A stretch of DNA of 29,299 nt from Bryobacteraceae bacterium (GCA_046597015.1 JBKJLJ010000107.1:1-29299), one strand, 5' to 3'. Counted from the first letter of the stretch, positions 1 through 9,004 are shown. Translations and numbers: made by a program. Notes: generated from the sequence alone by a model not told the origin.

Positions 1-368
1 TTCTCTCCCCGGTCGTACGCTTCGGTCGACTTGGAAAGTACTTCGATGAGCACGACAGGGTTCGCCACCGCCATTGAATGCGTTCCGCCAAACTGGGGCT
101 CTCCGCAGACCACCGAGACGTCCGGGTAGGTCTCTAGGCCCGTCGCCAGCACCACGATCCGCACGTCCGAGCCCAGTGTCTCGCAGCCCTTCCCTTCCAG
201 CAACCGCTGAAGCCCTCCTAGTAATCGCGCCGAAATCTGACCGTGCGGAAACTTCCCCCCGCTCATCGCAAACACTTCGCCGTTCAAATACTCGAACCGC
301 TCCCCCGTCTCTTCTTCGAGTTTCATGTACTCATCGGGGCTAATTCGAGGAATCGGTACGGTAGCCAT
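1..368 (-). CDS. Uma2 family (DUF820) putative restriction endonuclease-fold protein, 3' end runs off the window
   Basis: Not in the ORF track; translated by hand from ATG at 368: MATVPIPRISPDEYMKLEEETGERFEYLNGEVFAMSGGSFPHGQI...YPDVSVVCGEP...NPVVLIEVLSKSTEAYDRGE. The EYxxGEVFAM, YPDVSVVC and PxxLIEVLSxST motifs are typical of Uma2. Confidence 0.9.
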   Translation of the reverse strand, partial: MATVPIPRISPDEYMKLEEETGERFEYLNGEVFAMSGGKFPHGQISARLLGGLQRLLEGKGCETLGSDVRIVVLATGLETYPDVSVVCGEPQFGGTHSMAVANPVVLIEVLSKSTEAYDRGE

Positions 369-372
369 ACCC

Positions 373-1842
373 CTATCGTACTCCCGTCACCATCGCCTCG
401 ACGTCCTTGCTCAACTGAGCCAGCGCCGGCTTCACGCTATAAAACATATGCCCCGCTTCGTACATCCGTGTCGTGATGTTCTTCTTGTACTCCGCCGGCA
501 AACCCATATGGCTAAACGTATACTCCGTCGCAAAATAAGGCGTCGCCAAGTCGTAATAGCCCGACCCGATATACACCTTCATGTACGGATTCTTCGCAAA
601 CGCATCGCGCAAAATATCGGCCGTTTCAACATACTTGTTCTGCCCGCCCGCCCCGTAGTCCCAAGGCCCAATACCCCCACCCAAAATGTAATATTGCAGA
701 TCGGACTCATAGCCCAACTCCCGCCGCGCGTAGTCGTTAAACGCCGCCGTATAAGGCGCCCGAATCGCCGTCATCGATGGGTCAAACCCCGCCACCTCGT
801 CCCCGTTGTTTCCTTCCACCGCCGTCAACCGGCCATCCAAGCGCCCAACCACCTTCCCCTCGCTCCGCCGTAACTCCTTTATGAAATGCATAATCTCCGG
901 CCGCAGATTGTTCCGTTCCAGATACTCCTTGCCCAATCCCGTCAGCCGGCTTAACTTGTCGAGCGTCGCTTGCCGCTCCTCCGCCGTCAGCCGGTCGCCC
1001 TTCATCAAAGCCACCGAGTACTCATTCAACGCGAACTTCTCCGCCTCCGCGGTCGCTTCTTTCAATCCGGCCTGCTGCAGCGAAGCCGGCAGCTTCTTGT
1101 GGTACCAGGCAATGGCGGTATAGGTCGGGAGAAACAGCGGATACGGCAGATCGTTGCCCTTCGAAAACCGCGCCGTCTGATACTGCAAAATCGACGAGAC
1201 CAGCACGATGCCGTTGCACGCCATACCCCGATCCACCAGCCAACCGGACAGCCCGGCCGCGCGGAACGTGCCGTAACTTTCCCCGATCAGATACAACGGC
1301 GAGGCCCAGCGGTTATACCTTCCCAGGTACAGTCGAATGAACTCCCCGACGCTCGAAATATCCCCCTGCACCCCCCAGAACTTCTTGCCCAATTCGGGCT
1401 TGGCCGCCCGGGAGTATCCCGTCCCCACCGGATCCACAAACACCATGTCCGTAAACGGCAGAAACGTCTGCGGGTTGTCCTTCACCTGATACGGCGGAGG
1501 AGGATACGACCCGTCATCCTGCATCGGAATATAGCGCGGTCCCAGCACCCCCAAGTGCAGCCACACGGTCGCCGACCCCGGCCCTCCGTTGAAAGCTACC
1601 ATCAGCGGCCGCTTGTTCACCGGCGTCGGCGTATCCAGCGTATACGCCACATAAAACATGTGCGCCTCCGGCTCGCCCGCCTCGGTGAGCAGCGGCATCC
1701 GCCCGGTCGTCGTCGTGTAGTTCAGGGTTTTGCCGCCGATCACAATCGAACTTTTTTTCTGTACGGGCGGGGGCTCCACCACCGGTTTTGCCGGCTGGGC
1801 CAGCAACGAAAAGGAAAACAGGGCAACGACGAGAAAGCGCAT
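373..1842 (-). CDS. Secreted serine carboxypeptidase, peptidase family S10
   Basis: Signal peptide (MRFLVVALFSFSLLA-Q). S10 motifs FNGGPGSA, FVDPVGTGYS, nucleophile GESYG, YDLATP and catalytic His in YEAGHM. Confidence 0.93.
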   Translation of the reverse strand: MRFLVVALFSFSLLAQPAKPVVEPPPVQKKSSIVIGGKTLNYTTTTGRMPLLTEAGEPEAHMFYVAYTLDTPTPVNKRPLMVAFNGGPGSATVWLHLGVLGPRYIPMQDDGSYPPPPYQVKDNPQTFLPFTDMVFVDPVGTGYSRAAKPELGKKFWGVQGDISSVGEFIRLYLGRYNRWASPLYLIGESYGTFRAAGLSGWLVDRGMACNGIVLVSSILQYQTARFSKGNDLPYPLFLPTYTAIAWYHKKLPASLQQAGLKEATAEAEKFALNEYSVALMKGDRLTAEERQATLDKLSRLTGLGKEYLERNNLRPEIMHFIKELRRSEGKVVGRLDGRLTAVEGNNGDEVAGFDPSMTAIRAPYTAAFNDYARRELGYESDLQYYILGGGIGPWDYGAGGQNKYVETADILRDAFAKNPYMKVYIGSGYYDLATPYFATEYTFSHMGLPAEYKKNITTRMYEAGHMFYSVKPALAQLSKDVEAMVTGVR

Positions 1843-1847
1843 ACGGT

Positions 1848-3098
1848 CTAGTGTAAAGCGATCTTCCGCGTCGGGTTAATAAAGATCCAGCAAACGGCCC
1901 CAAGCAATAGCAGCGCGCCGGTCAGGTTCAACGGCGTATTCCAATCGCCCGTCTCGCGGATCAAGTAGGCAAGCACAATCGGACTCAAAAATCCGCCAAT
2001 CTGCCCCGCCGTGTTCATCACCGCTCCCACCACCCCCGCATGCGGGCCCGAAATATCCAAACACGTTCCCCAAGCCGCTCCTAAACAAAACGCTCCCCAC
2101 CCAGCGCCCAGCGCCAGGTACAGGGCGGCGGTCGTCGGATCCGCCGCGCCCGCCCCGAGGATCGTGAACAATCCCGCAAAAACGAACCCGCTACCCCCCG
2201 CAATCGTCCGTCCTAGCCGTAGCCCAAAACGCTTGGTCATCGCATCGGTGGCAATGCCGCCGGTCAGATCGGCCACCATGCAAGCCACCATCGGCGCCCC
2301 GGCGAACAAACCTAAATCCGTCGCCTTGAACCCTCGAATCCGCTCCAGGTACGTCGGCATCCACGTCAGATAAAAGTAGAAACCGTACGTCTGTACGAAG
2401 TACATTACGCACAGCAGCATCACGTTTCGATCCCGGAGAATATTGCCCCACGGTACATTGCCGTGCCCGGCGTGCTCCTCCCGGCCCTCCATGATCAGCG
2501 CCAGTTCCGCCGCGTTCACTTCCGGGTGATCCGCCGGCTCACTGCGAAACCAGCGATACCACGCGAACGCCCAAACGAACCCGACCGAACCTAAAACCAC
2601 GAACACCATGCGCCAGGGAAGAAACGTCAACATCCACGCAATCAGCAGCGGCGAGTAAGCTCCGCCCCCGTGCGCCCCCATGAAAAAGATGCCCTGCGCC
2701 CGCCCCCGCTCCGTCTTCGGAAACCATCGGGAAAACGTCTTTGCCGAATTCGGCCACGCCCCGGCCTCCCCGATTCCAAACAAAAACCGGACTACAAGTA
2801 AACTTCCGAAGCTCCACGCGGCCGCCGTGAGCATCGTGAACATCGACCACCAGGACACAATCCGCATCAGCACACTGCGGGTTCCCACCTTGTCGCCCCA
2901 CCAACCCGTCGGGATCTCGAACAACCCGTAAGCCAGCGTAAAAGCGCTAAAAACATAGCCCATTTGCTGATCAGTCAATCCTAAATCGTGGGTGATCTGC
3001 TTCGAGGTGATCGAAATCGCAATGCGATCCATATACGTAATGGCACCCAGGGCCACCCCGAAAGCGAGGACTTTGTAACGAACGCGGCTAGCAATCAT
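1848..3098 (-). CDS. MFS transporter, anion:cation symporter (glucarate/galactonate-type) family
   Basis: About 12 hydrophobic segments; ITYMDRIAIS, FEIPTGWWGDKVGTR (motif A), RFLFGIGEAGAWP, RWFPKTERGRAQG. Confidence 0.92.
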   Translation of the reverse strand: MIASRVRYKVLAFGVALGAITYMDRIAISITSKQITHDLGLTDQQMGYVFSAFTLAYGLFEIPTGWWGDKVGTRSVLMRIVSWWSMFTMLTAAAWSFGSLLVVRFLFGIGEAGAWPNSAKTFSRWFPKTERGRAQGIFFMGAHGGGAYSPLLIAWMLTFLPWRMVFVVLGSVGFVWAFAWYRWFRSEPADHPEVNAAELALIMEGREEHAGHGNVPWGNILRDRNVMLLCVMYFVQTYGFYFYLTWMPTYLERIRGFKATDLGLFAGAPMVACMVADLTGGIATDAMTKRFGLRLGRTIAGGSGFVFAGLFTILGAGAADPTTAALYLALGAGWGAFCLGAAWGTCLDISGPHAGVVGAVMNTAGQIGGFLSPIVLAYLIRETGDWNTPLNLTGALLLLGAVCWIFINPTRKIALH

Positions 3099-3144
3099 CG
3101 TCTAGAGGTTGTATCACGGGTACGCTAAAATTGTTGATACGCGA

Positions 3145-3945
3145 ATGTTGAATATTTCGAAATGGTCCGCCACCCTCATGGCGATGTTCTGTCTGGGTGT
3201 CACCGGACTCCAGGCCCAGGCTCCGGCCCCTACCCCGGCGCCCGCCCCTTCCGCCAACGCCCAGCCGATGGAAAAGCGCATTAAATACGTGCGCCGTTTC
3301 TCGCTCGGGGCTGGCCTCTCGGTCATGGTGCTCGACACGTTGAATAACGGCACGCTCTCCCGCTCCGTCACCTCCCCTCCCACCGTCGGCAACTACGCGA
3401 CCACCGTTCAGCGCTATCGCGTTGGCTACGGCGGCATCGGTCAAGTACTCATCACCAGTCGGTTCGCGGCCACCGTCGGCTTCTTCTTCCGGCGCGTTGC
3501 CTACACCCGCGAAGGCGAAGTGTTCAGCGGCGTCGATAGTCCGCTTACCGCCGCTGACGAACGCCGCTTCGCCACCGTGTTTGAAGACACCCGCGCTCGC
3601 TTCTATGACATCCCGGTCACCGTCCGCTTCTTCGGCAAAGATCGCGAGAAGGCCGGCGGCCGCTGGTTCGTTGAAGGCGGCGGCGTGATGCGCAAGGTTT
3701 CGAACGTCAAGTCCAGCGTCGTCACCACCCTTGGTGCCGAGGAACCGACCTGCTGCAAACCCACCGTCCCGAATCAGAATGTCCGGGGGCTCGTCGCCGG
3801 GTTCGGCGGCCAGTTGATCGACCAGTTTGGCATTCGGGTCATGCCGAGTGTTCGCTTTACGCGCTGGCTGGGAGAAAGCTTCAACTCCTTCTCCACAGTC
3901 AGCAAACGCAACCAGATCGAAGCCATCATCACGATCGGTTTCTAA
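3145..3945 (+). CDS. Exported hypothetical protein, probable outer-membrane beta-barrel
   Basis: Signal peptide ending LQA-Q, Pro/Ala linker, alternating amphipathic strands (FSLGAGLSVM, FAATVGFFF, WFVEGGGVM, VMPSVRFTRW), C-terminal IITIGF with terminal Phe. Start set at ATG 3145 rather than the track start 3109. Confidence 0.72.
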   Translation: MLNISKWSATLMAMFCLGVTGLQAQAPAPTPAPAPSANAQPMEKRIKYVRRFSLGAGLSVMVLDTLNNGTLSRSVTSPPTVGNYATTVQRYRVGYGGIGQVLITSRFAATVGFFFRRVAYTREGEVFSGVDSPLTAADERRFATVFEDTRARFYDIPVTVRFFGKDREKAGGRWFVEGGGVMRKVSNVKSSVVTTLGAEEPTCCKPTVPNQNVRGLVAGFGGQLIDQFGIRVMPSVRFTRWLGESFNSFSTVSKRNQIEAIITIGF

Positions 3946-4382
3946 TGCTTCCTCTCCGGGCCGGCGCCGTCTACTTTCTCCTCGTATTCGGCACCGGCTT
4001 CGTGCTTGGAACCCTTCGCGTTTTCCTCGTTGTCCCCGTCTTAGGCGCGCCCACCGCCGAACTCCTCGAAACTCCCTTCATGCTCGTAGCGATCTGGTTC
4101 GCCGCCCGCTGGCTTGTCCCGCGGCTGGCCCCTCGCGCCGCCCTACCCGCCGGGCTCATCGCCCTCGCCTTCACCCTGGTCGCCGAAGTTTCCGTCGGCG
4201 TGTTTCTCCGCCACCTCACCCTGTCCCAAATAGCCTTCCCCCAACCGCTCCTCCCCCGCCTCGTCTATTACGCGGCCCTCCTGGTCTTCACCCTCCTCCC
4301 CTACTTCCTCACGCCCAATCCGGGAAAAACGCCTTCCAGTTCTCGTACAGAATCATATCCTGCACCTCCTCCGGAATCGTAG
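3945..4382 (+). CDS. Small integral membrane protein of unknown function (about 4 TM helices)
   Basis: ATG overlaps the upstream TAA. Strongly hydrophobic, with GAVYFLLVFGTGFVLGTLRV and AELLETPFM. Pro/Ser-rich tail overlaps the convergent gene. Confidence 0.72.
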   Translation: MLPLRAGAVYFLLVFGTGFVLGTLRVFLVVPVLGAPTAELLETPFMLVAIWFAARWLVPRLAPRAALPAGLIALAFTLVAEVSVGVFLRHLTLSQIAFPQPLLPRLVYYAALLVFTLLPYFLTPNPGKTPSSSRTESYPAPPPES

Positions 4383-5211
4383 GCAGCTTCGTCCCCTCCA
4401 CCACCTGGTTCACGTTCCGCAACCCCGCGACGATATTCGCCATCGTACCCGAAGGAAAGTCCGACCCCGGCAGAATCTTGTGCTCCACCCCGTACTCCAT
4501 CGCCGTCACCATCGCCTGCCAATAGCGCCACGGTCGATAGTGCACCGCGCTAATGTCGGTATACAAATTGGGGCACTTGCGAATCAGCACGATCAAATCC
4601 GTCTCCCACGGATGCCCCATGTGCGCAATGATCATCTTCATATCCGGGAAGTCCATCGCCAGGTCCTCCAGTTGCAAAGGCAGCCCCCATTTCAACTTCG
4701 CCGCGGAAGGAAACGTCGTCCCCTGGTGCCACATAGTCGGCAAGCCATGGTGCTGCACGCGTTTGAAAAACGGCCAGTGCTTTCGGTCCTGCGGGTCAAA
4801 GTGCTGGTACACCGGCCCCAGTTTCAGGCCCTTCAGCTTCAGCGTGTCCACGCAATAGTCCAAGTGCTCAATGCAGTCCGGCCGCGTCGGGTCCACCGAC
4901 GCCCAGCCCTCCATCCGCCCCGGATGCTGCGCGACATAGTCGGCAATCACCTCATTCGGAATATCCAGCCCGCAAGCCTTGGCCTGCAACCCAAACACCA
5001 CCACGTGCGCCATCCCCTCCGATGCCTTCAAATGAGTCTCCGGCGTCGAGTCATAAACGTGCTTATCCAGGTTTGCCGCATACGCCAACCCTCCGCTCCG
5101 CTTCAGCTTCACGAGCTTCGCAGCCAGCGCCTCCTCGGCGTACTGCTCGCTGATATGGTCCGGATACCACATTAAGTGGGTGTGGCAATCAATCATCTTT
5201 CGCTCGTTCAT
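4309..5211 (-). CDS. Amidohydrolase family protein (Amidohydro_2, TIM-barrel metalloenzyme)
   Basis: IDCHTH (HxH metal motif), GLKLGP, MWHQG, IAHMGHPW, LYTDISA, GSDFP. ATG at 5211 overlaps the upstream stop (ATGA). Confidence 0.9.
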   Translation of the reverse strand: MNERKMIDCHTHLMWYPDHISEQYAEEALAAKLVKLKRSGGLAYAANLDKHVYDSTPETHLKASEGMAHVVVFGLQAKACGLDIPNEVIADYVAQHPGRMEGWASVDPTRPDCIEHLDYCVDTLKLKGLKLGPVYQHFDPQDRKHWPFFKRVQHHGLPTMWHQGTTFPSAAKLKWGLPLQLEDLAMDFPDMKMIIAHMGHPWETDLIVLIRKCPNLYTDISAVHYRPWRYWQAMVTAMEYGVEHKILPGSDFPSGTMANIVAGLRNVNQVVEGTKLPTIPEEVQDMILYENWKAFFPDWA

Positions 5212-6329
5212 ATTTCCACCATCATAGATTTCACCGCGTCCCAATCCAACTCCACCCCCAACCCCGGCCCCGGCGGCGGCGTCAACCAACCACCCGTAAT
5301 CATCCCCGGCCCGGCAATGATGTCCCGTTCGTACCGCAACGGCCCGAACGTCTCAATCGCATACGGCAACCACGGCAGCGCCACCGCCAAGTGCGCGCAG
5401 GCCGCTGTCGCAATCCCCATCTCCGCCTGGCTGCCCAGAATGCACGGCACCCCCACCGCCGCTCCCAAACTGAAAATCTCCGCCGCCGCCCGCAATCCAC
5501 CCGCCTCGGCCACGTACACGTTCCACACGTCGGCCGCCTCCGTCCGCGCCAACTCGTAAGCGTCCCGCAACGTTTGGCAGCTCTCATCCGCCATCACCGG
5601 CAACCCCGTCTGCTGCCGCAACGCCCGCAGACCCTCCAGGTTCCGCTTCCCCAACGGTTGTTCGAACCAGGCGACCCGCGCCGCCCCTGCGAGCGTCCGC
5701 ATCGCCCGCGCCGCCTCCGCCGTACTGGGCCACGCCATGTTCGCGTCCAAACGCAAGGGCACCTCCACAGCCCTTGCTACCGCCGTCACCGCCGCTAAAT
5801 CCTCCTCCAGCCGCCGACCCACCTTCAGCTTGATCGCCTGAAACCCCGCCGCCCATCCCGCCGCCGCGTCCGCCGCCATCTCCTCCGGGGACTTTTGATA
5901 GATCCCCCACGCGAGTCCCGCCCGCTCTCGCATCCGCCCCCCTAGCAATGCCCACACCGGCACCCCGAAATGCTTCCCCGTAATGTCCAACAGCGCCATC
6001 TCAAACGCCGCCCGCAGATACGGCGCGCTCAACTCCCCGCCCATCACCCGGTCAATCTCCGCCAGCACCAGCGGCGTCGCCAAGGCGTCCATCCCTGTAA
6101 TCGCCGGAGCCAGCATCCGCTTCGCCGCATGGCACAGCGAAAAGCCAATCCGCGGAAACGTAATCGATATCTCCCCCAATCCCTCCACCCCGTCCTCGGT
6201 CAGAATCCGCACAATTCCGAACTCGGAAGCCGTCACCGGATCCGCCAGGTTCAGCCCAGACCGCACCGCCTCCTTCCGCGGCGCCCGAATCGGCATCACT
6301 TCCACCAATCGAATCCGCGTCCCGTTCAT
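5208..6329 (-). CDS. Enolase-superfamily enzyme, muconate cycloisomerase (MLE)-like subgroup
   Basis: N-terminal capping domain (TEDGVEGLGE; AAFEMALLDITGKHFGVPVWALLGG), KxK (IKLKVG), metal ligands in LDAN, FEQP and ADES, ETFGP, PGLGVELD. ATGA overlaps at both ends. Confidence 0.9.
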   Translation of the reverse strand: MNGTRIRLVEVMPIRAPRKEAVRSGLNLADPVTASEFGIVRILTEDGVEGLGEISITFPRIGFSLCHAAKRMLAPAITGMDALATPLVLAEIDRVMGGELSAPYLRAAFEMALLDITGKHFGVPVWALLGGRMRERAGLAWGIYQKSPEEMAADAAAGWAAGFQAIKLKVGRRLEEDLAAVTAVARAVEVPLRLDANMAWPSTAEAARAMRTLAGAARVAWFEQPLGKRNLEGLRALRQQTGLPVMADESCQTLRDAYELARTEAADVWNVYVAEAGGLRAAAEIFSLGAAVGVPCILGSQAEMGIATAACAHLAVALPWLPYAIETFGPLRYERDIIAGPGMITGGWLTPPPGPGLGVELDWDAVKSMMVEI

Positions 6330-7204
6330 AGGTACCTCTTCGCAATCTTCCCGGCCACCGCGCCCCCGCTGTAGTACCCCACCGAGATCTGCCCCGCATG
6401 GGTCAGCAAATCATACGCCTTCCATCGGTCCCATCCATAGTCAGCCTCCATCCAAAAAATCAGCCACGCATAGGCCTGCGCGATTCCCCGTTCCAGCGGC
6501 GTCGCCGACGATACGCAAACCAGCTCCGTCTCGTTCTCAATCCGCGGACCCGGAATCGTCCAGCCCTTTTTCACACCCACCGTAATTTCGGTCTCCGCCG
6601 GCATCTCCAGCCCCGAAGCCGATAGCTCCCCGTGGCCCATCGCCGCATGCGCATCGCCCAAATACAAAAGCGCTCCCGGCACAAACACCGGCAAATACAG
6701 CGTGCTCCCCGGAGCCACCTCCACAATGTCCATATTCCCCCCGTGCGGCCCCGCCGGGTTCGTCGTCGGCACCCCCCAATCCGGCGCCGTGCCGATACAC
6801 CCCAACATCGGTCGATAGGGAATCGTCACCGTTTCATTCCAGTGAATTCCTTCGTCGGTAATCGCGCAAACATGTGTCCCGTGCGGGCAATCCATGCCCA
6901 ACCACTCGGCCAGCATCTTCGGATCCGACGTCCGCGTGTAGCACTCCCCCCGCGTTGGCCGAATGCTGTGAATCGTCACCGCCAGCGCGTCGCCCTTCTC
7001 TGCACCGCTCACGTAGATCGGCCCCGTCGTCGGGTTCGAATACGGCATCGTAACCTTATTCCGCCGATCGGCCTCCGTCCGGATTTGCCCCGAGAAAGCG
7101 TCCTGACTCTCCACCACCAATCGTGTGCCCGGTTCCACCCGTGCCAGCGGCGTATCCAACCGATTGAACTCATAACAGAGTTTGCCTAAAGGGATTCGTT
7201 CCAT
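6326..7204 (-). CDS. Acetamidase/formamidase family protein
   Basis: ESQDAFSGQI, NPTTGPIYVSGAEKGDALAV, PMLGCIGTAP, PHGGNMD, LYLPVFVPGALLYLGDAHAAMGHGE. Confidence 0.9.
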   Translation of the reverse strand: MERIPLGKLCYEFNRLDTPLARVEPGTRLVVESQDAFSGQIRTEADRRNKVTMPYSNPTTGPIYVSGAEKGDALAVTIHSIRPTRGECYTRTSDPKMLAEWLGMDCPHGTHVCAITDEGIHWNETVTIPYRPMLGCIGTAPDWGVPTTNPAGPHGGNMDIVEVAPGSTLYLPVFVPGALLYLGDAHAAMGHGELSASGLEMPAETEITVGVKKGWTIPGPRIENETELVCVSSATPLERGIAQAYAWLIFWMEADYGWDRWKAYDLLTHAGQISVGYYSGGAVAGKIAKRYL

Positions 7205-7233
7205 GCGTCTTCATAGGATAGAATCCGTACGTA
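7205..7233. promoter_or_regulatory. 29-bp divergent promoter with overlapping -10-like hexamers
   Basis: TAGAAT (+, 7219-7224) lies 9 nt before the esterase ATG. TATCCT (-, 7220-7215) lies 10 nt before the acetamidase ATG. No SD for either gene. Confidence 0.5.
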
Positions 7234-8316
7234 ATGTGCGCACTCCTCTTCCTCGTCCCCTTTGCTTTACTGGCCCAAGCTCCCCCGCCTCGTCTAGTTT
7301 CGCCGGAGGTCCATCCCGACCGCCGGGTCACCCTTCGCTTCCGCGCGCCGAACGCCGCGAAGGTCACCCTGAACCGCGAAGGCGGCCGCCCTGTCGAGAT
7401 GACGAAGGACGACAAAGGAGTCTGGTCCGTCACAACGGAAGCGCTCGCCCCCGACATGTACGGCTACTCCTTTAACGCCGACGGTGTGAGTCTGATCGAC
7501 CCCGGTAATCCCTCCATGAAGCCGAACCTGCTCGGCACCACGAGCATGTTCCATGTCCCCTCTGGCGATGCCTCTCTGCTGTGGGAGACACGCGACGTGC
7601 CGCGGGGTACCGTTCATCACCACTTCTTCCGCTCCGCCATCTGCCAGGACCAGCGCGATTTCTTCGTCTATACCCCGCCCGGCTACGACCCCAAGGCCAA
7701 GACGAAATACCCCGTCCTGTACCTGCTCCACGGCTTCTCGGACGATGCCAGCGGTTGGACCTCCGTCGGCCAGGCCCATGTGATTCTGGACAACCTCATC
7801 GCCCAAGGAAAAGCCAAGCCTATGCTCGTCGTCATGACCCTCGGCTACGGCACGATGGAGGTACTCCAGAACCGCACGGTCGGCAAAAAGAGCTTCGATC
7901 TGTTTGGCGAGTCGCTTTTAAAAGAGGTAATCCCGACAGTGGAGAAGACCTACCGAGCCTCCACCAACCGCAGCCAACGCGCGCTAGCGGGTCTATCGAT
8001 GGGCGGAGCCGAAACCCTCGTTGTCGGTCTGAACCATCTCGAAACGTTTTCCCAACTCGGGGCTTTCAGCTCGGGCGGCGTCCCCGCGGATTTCCCGCAG
8101 ACTTTCCCCAATCTCACGGCCAAAGCCAACGACCAGCTCAAACTCCTCTGGATCGCCTGCGGCAAGGACGACCGCCTCCTCGACGCCAACAACAAGTTCG
8201 TGGCGTTCCTGAAAGAGCGCAACGTGAAGCATGAGTATGTGGTCACCGAAGGTGCCCACACCTGGCTCGTCTGGCGGCGCTCCCTCTCCACCCTCGCCCC
8301 GCAACTCTTCCGCTAA
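7234..8316 (+). CDS. Secreted esterase (CE1/enterochelin-esterase-like alpha/beta hydrolase with N-terminal CBM48/E-set-like domain)
   Basis: Signal peptide; N-terminal RVTLRFRAPNA...GVWSVTT...YGYSFNADG module; YTPPGY, VLYLLHG, nucleophile GLSMGG, His in GAHTW. Confidence 0.9.
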   Translation: MCALLFLVPFALLAQAPPPRLVSPEVHPDRRVTLRFRAPNAAKVTLNREGGRPVEMTKDDKGVWSVTTEALAPDMYGYSFNADGVSLIDPGNPSMKPNLLGTTSMFHVPSGDASLLWETRDVPRGTVHHHFFRSAICQDQRDFFVYTPPGYDPKAKTKYPVLYLLHGFSDDASGWTSVGQAHVILDNLIAQGKAKPMLVVMTLGYGTMEVLQNRTVGKKSFDLFGESLLKEVIPTVEKTYRASTNRSQRALAGLSMGGAETLVVGLNHLETFSQLGAFSSGGVPADFPQTFPNLTAKANDQLKLLWIACGKDDRLLDANNKFVAFLKERNVKHEYVVTEGAHTWLVWRRSLSTLAPQLFR

Positions 8317-8420
8317 TCGGTCGCTTTACAACCCATTTGGCGCGAGCGGACTGCGACTTGGTACCGTGCAGGGACGGGCGCTGGTCTTCGGCTCCCTATG
8401 CGCTTACAAAGGAGCTATTC

Positions 8421-8900
8421 TTATTCTCCGGAAGGCGCGTTCTCTTGCAGTTGCCGACAAAGCCCTTCTACAACAAAGAGTGCCGACTCAATTTCCCGAA
8501 CCTTCGTCCCCTCCGCTAAGCCGTTGGCCCAGGGAACCTGCAATCGTGTCATCGCCTCAAACGCCAGGTGTCCTCGATCGGTGAGTACTAACAAGGTCGC
8601 GCGTTTATGGCGGGGGTTGGGATCAAACGAGAGTAGCCCGGCCGCTGCGAGATCGTCCACGACCCGCTGAACAGATTGCCGTGCCAGACCCATGTCGCGA
8701 GCGACCCAGGCAACTGTTCTGGGCTCGGAAGAGCGGGCGACGGCGCTTAAGACCTGCCAACGGGCACTGGTTAGGCCCACGCTTTGTGTCAGCCGGGCGC
8801 CCGCGGCAAGTAGCAAGCCGTGTAATCGGAAGGACGCTAGGATGAACTGGGTCATCACCGCCCCCTCCTCAGTGTGCCCCGTGTAGAAGCCCTTCCTCAT
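8421..8900 (-). CDS. MarR family transcriptional regulator
   Basis: GLTSARWQVL, wHTH VARDMGLARQSVQRVVDDL, wing NPRHKRATLLVLT. Start chosen at ATG 8900; ATG 8855 is an alternative. Confidence 0.88.
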   Translation of the reverse strand: MRKGFYTGHTEEGAVMTQFILASFRLHGLLLAAGARLTQSVGLTSARWQVLSAVARSSEPRTVAWVARDMGLARQSVQRVVDDLAAAGLLSFDPNPRHKRATLLVLTDRGHLAFEAMTRLQVPWANGLAEGTKVREIESALFVVEGLCRQLQENAPSGE

Positions 8901-8918
8901 CTCGTTTATTCTTTCAAC

Positions 8919-8963
8919 TTGACAGCGTGCTGTCAATGCTGTAATTTGACAGCACGCTGTCAA
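8919..8963. promoter_or_regulatory. Double palindromic operator overlapping divergent sigma70-type promoters
   Basis: TTGACAGC-GT-GCTGTCAA (8919-8936) and TTGACAGC-AC-GCTGTCAA (8946-8963) are exact reverse complements, 9 bp apart. Plus strand: TTGACA 8919, 17 bp, TAATTT 8942. Minus strand: TTGACA 8936, 17 bp, AAGAAT 8913, then 7 nt to the MarR ATG. Confidence 0.85.
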
Positions 8964-9004
8964 CTGCGCCCTCGCGTCAATGGGACAGCAAAAGGAGACA
9001 CTTC

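Noticed and set aside
1-368. Uma2 gene as part of a defence island
   Set aside because: It is a solitary, commonly multicopy family, and its neighbours are a peptidase and a transporter, not defence genes.
3111-3140. Inverted repeat GTATCA-N18-TGATAC between the MFS and barrel genes
   Set aside because: Only 6-bp arms with a long spacer and no adjacent regulator; could be chance.
8901-8963. Cys-rich N-terminal extension of MarR (MTACCQITALTARCQ)
   Set aside because: It is simply the translation of the operator/promoter palindromes.
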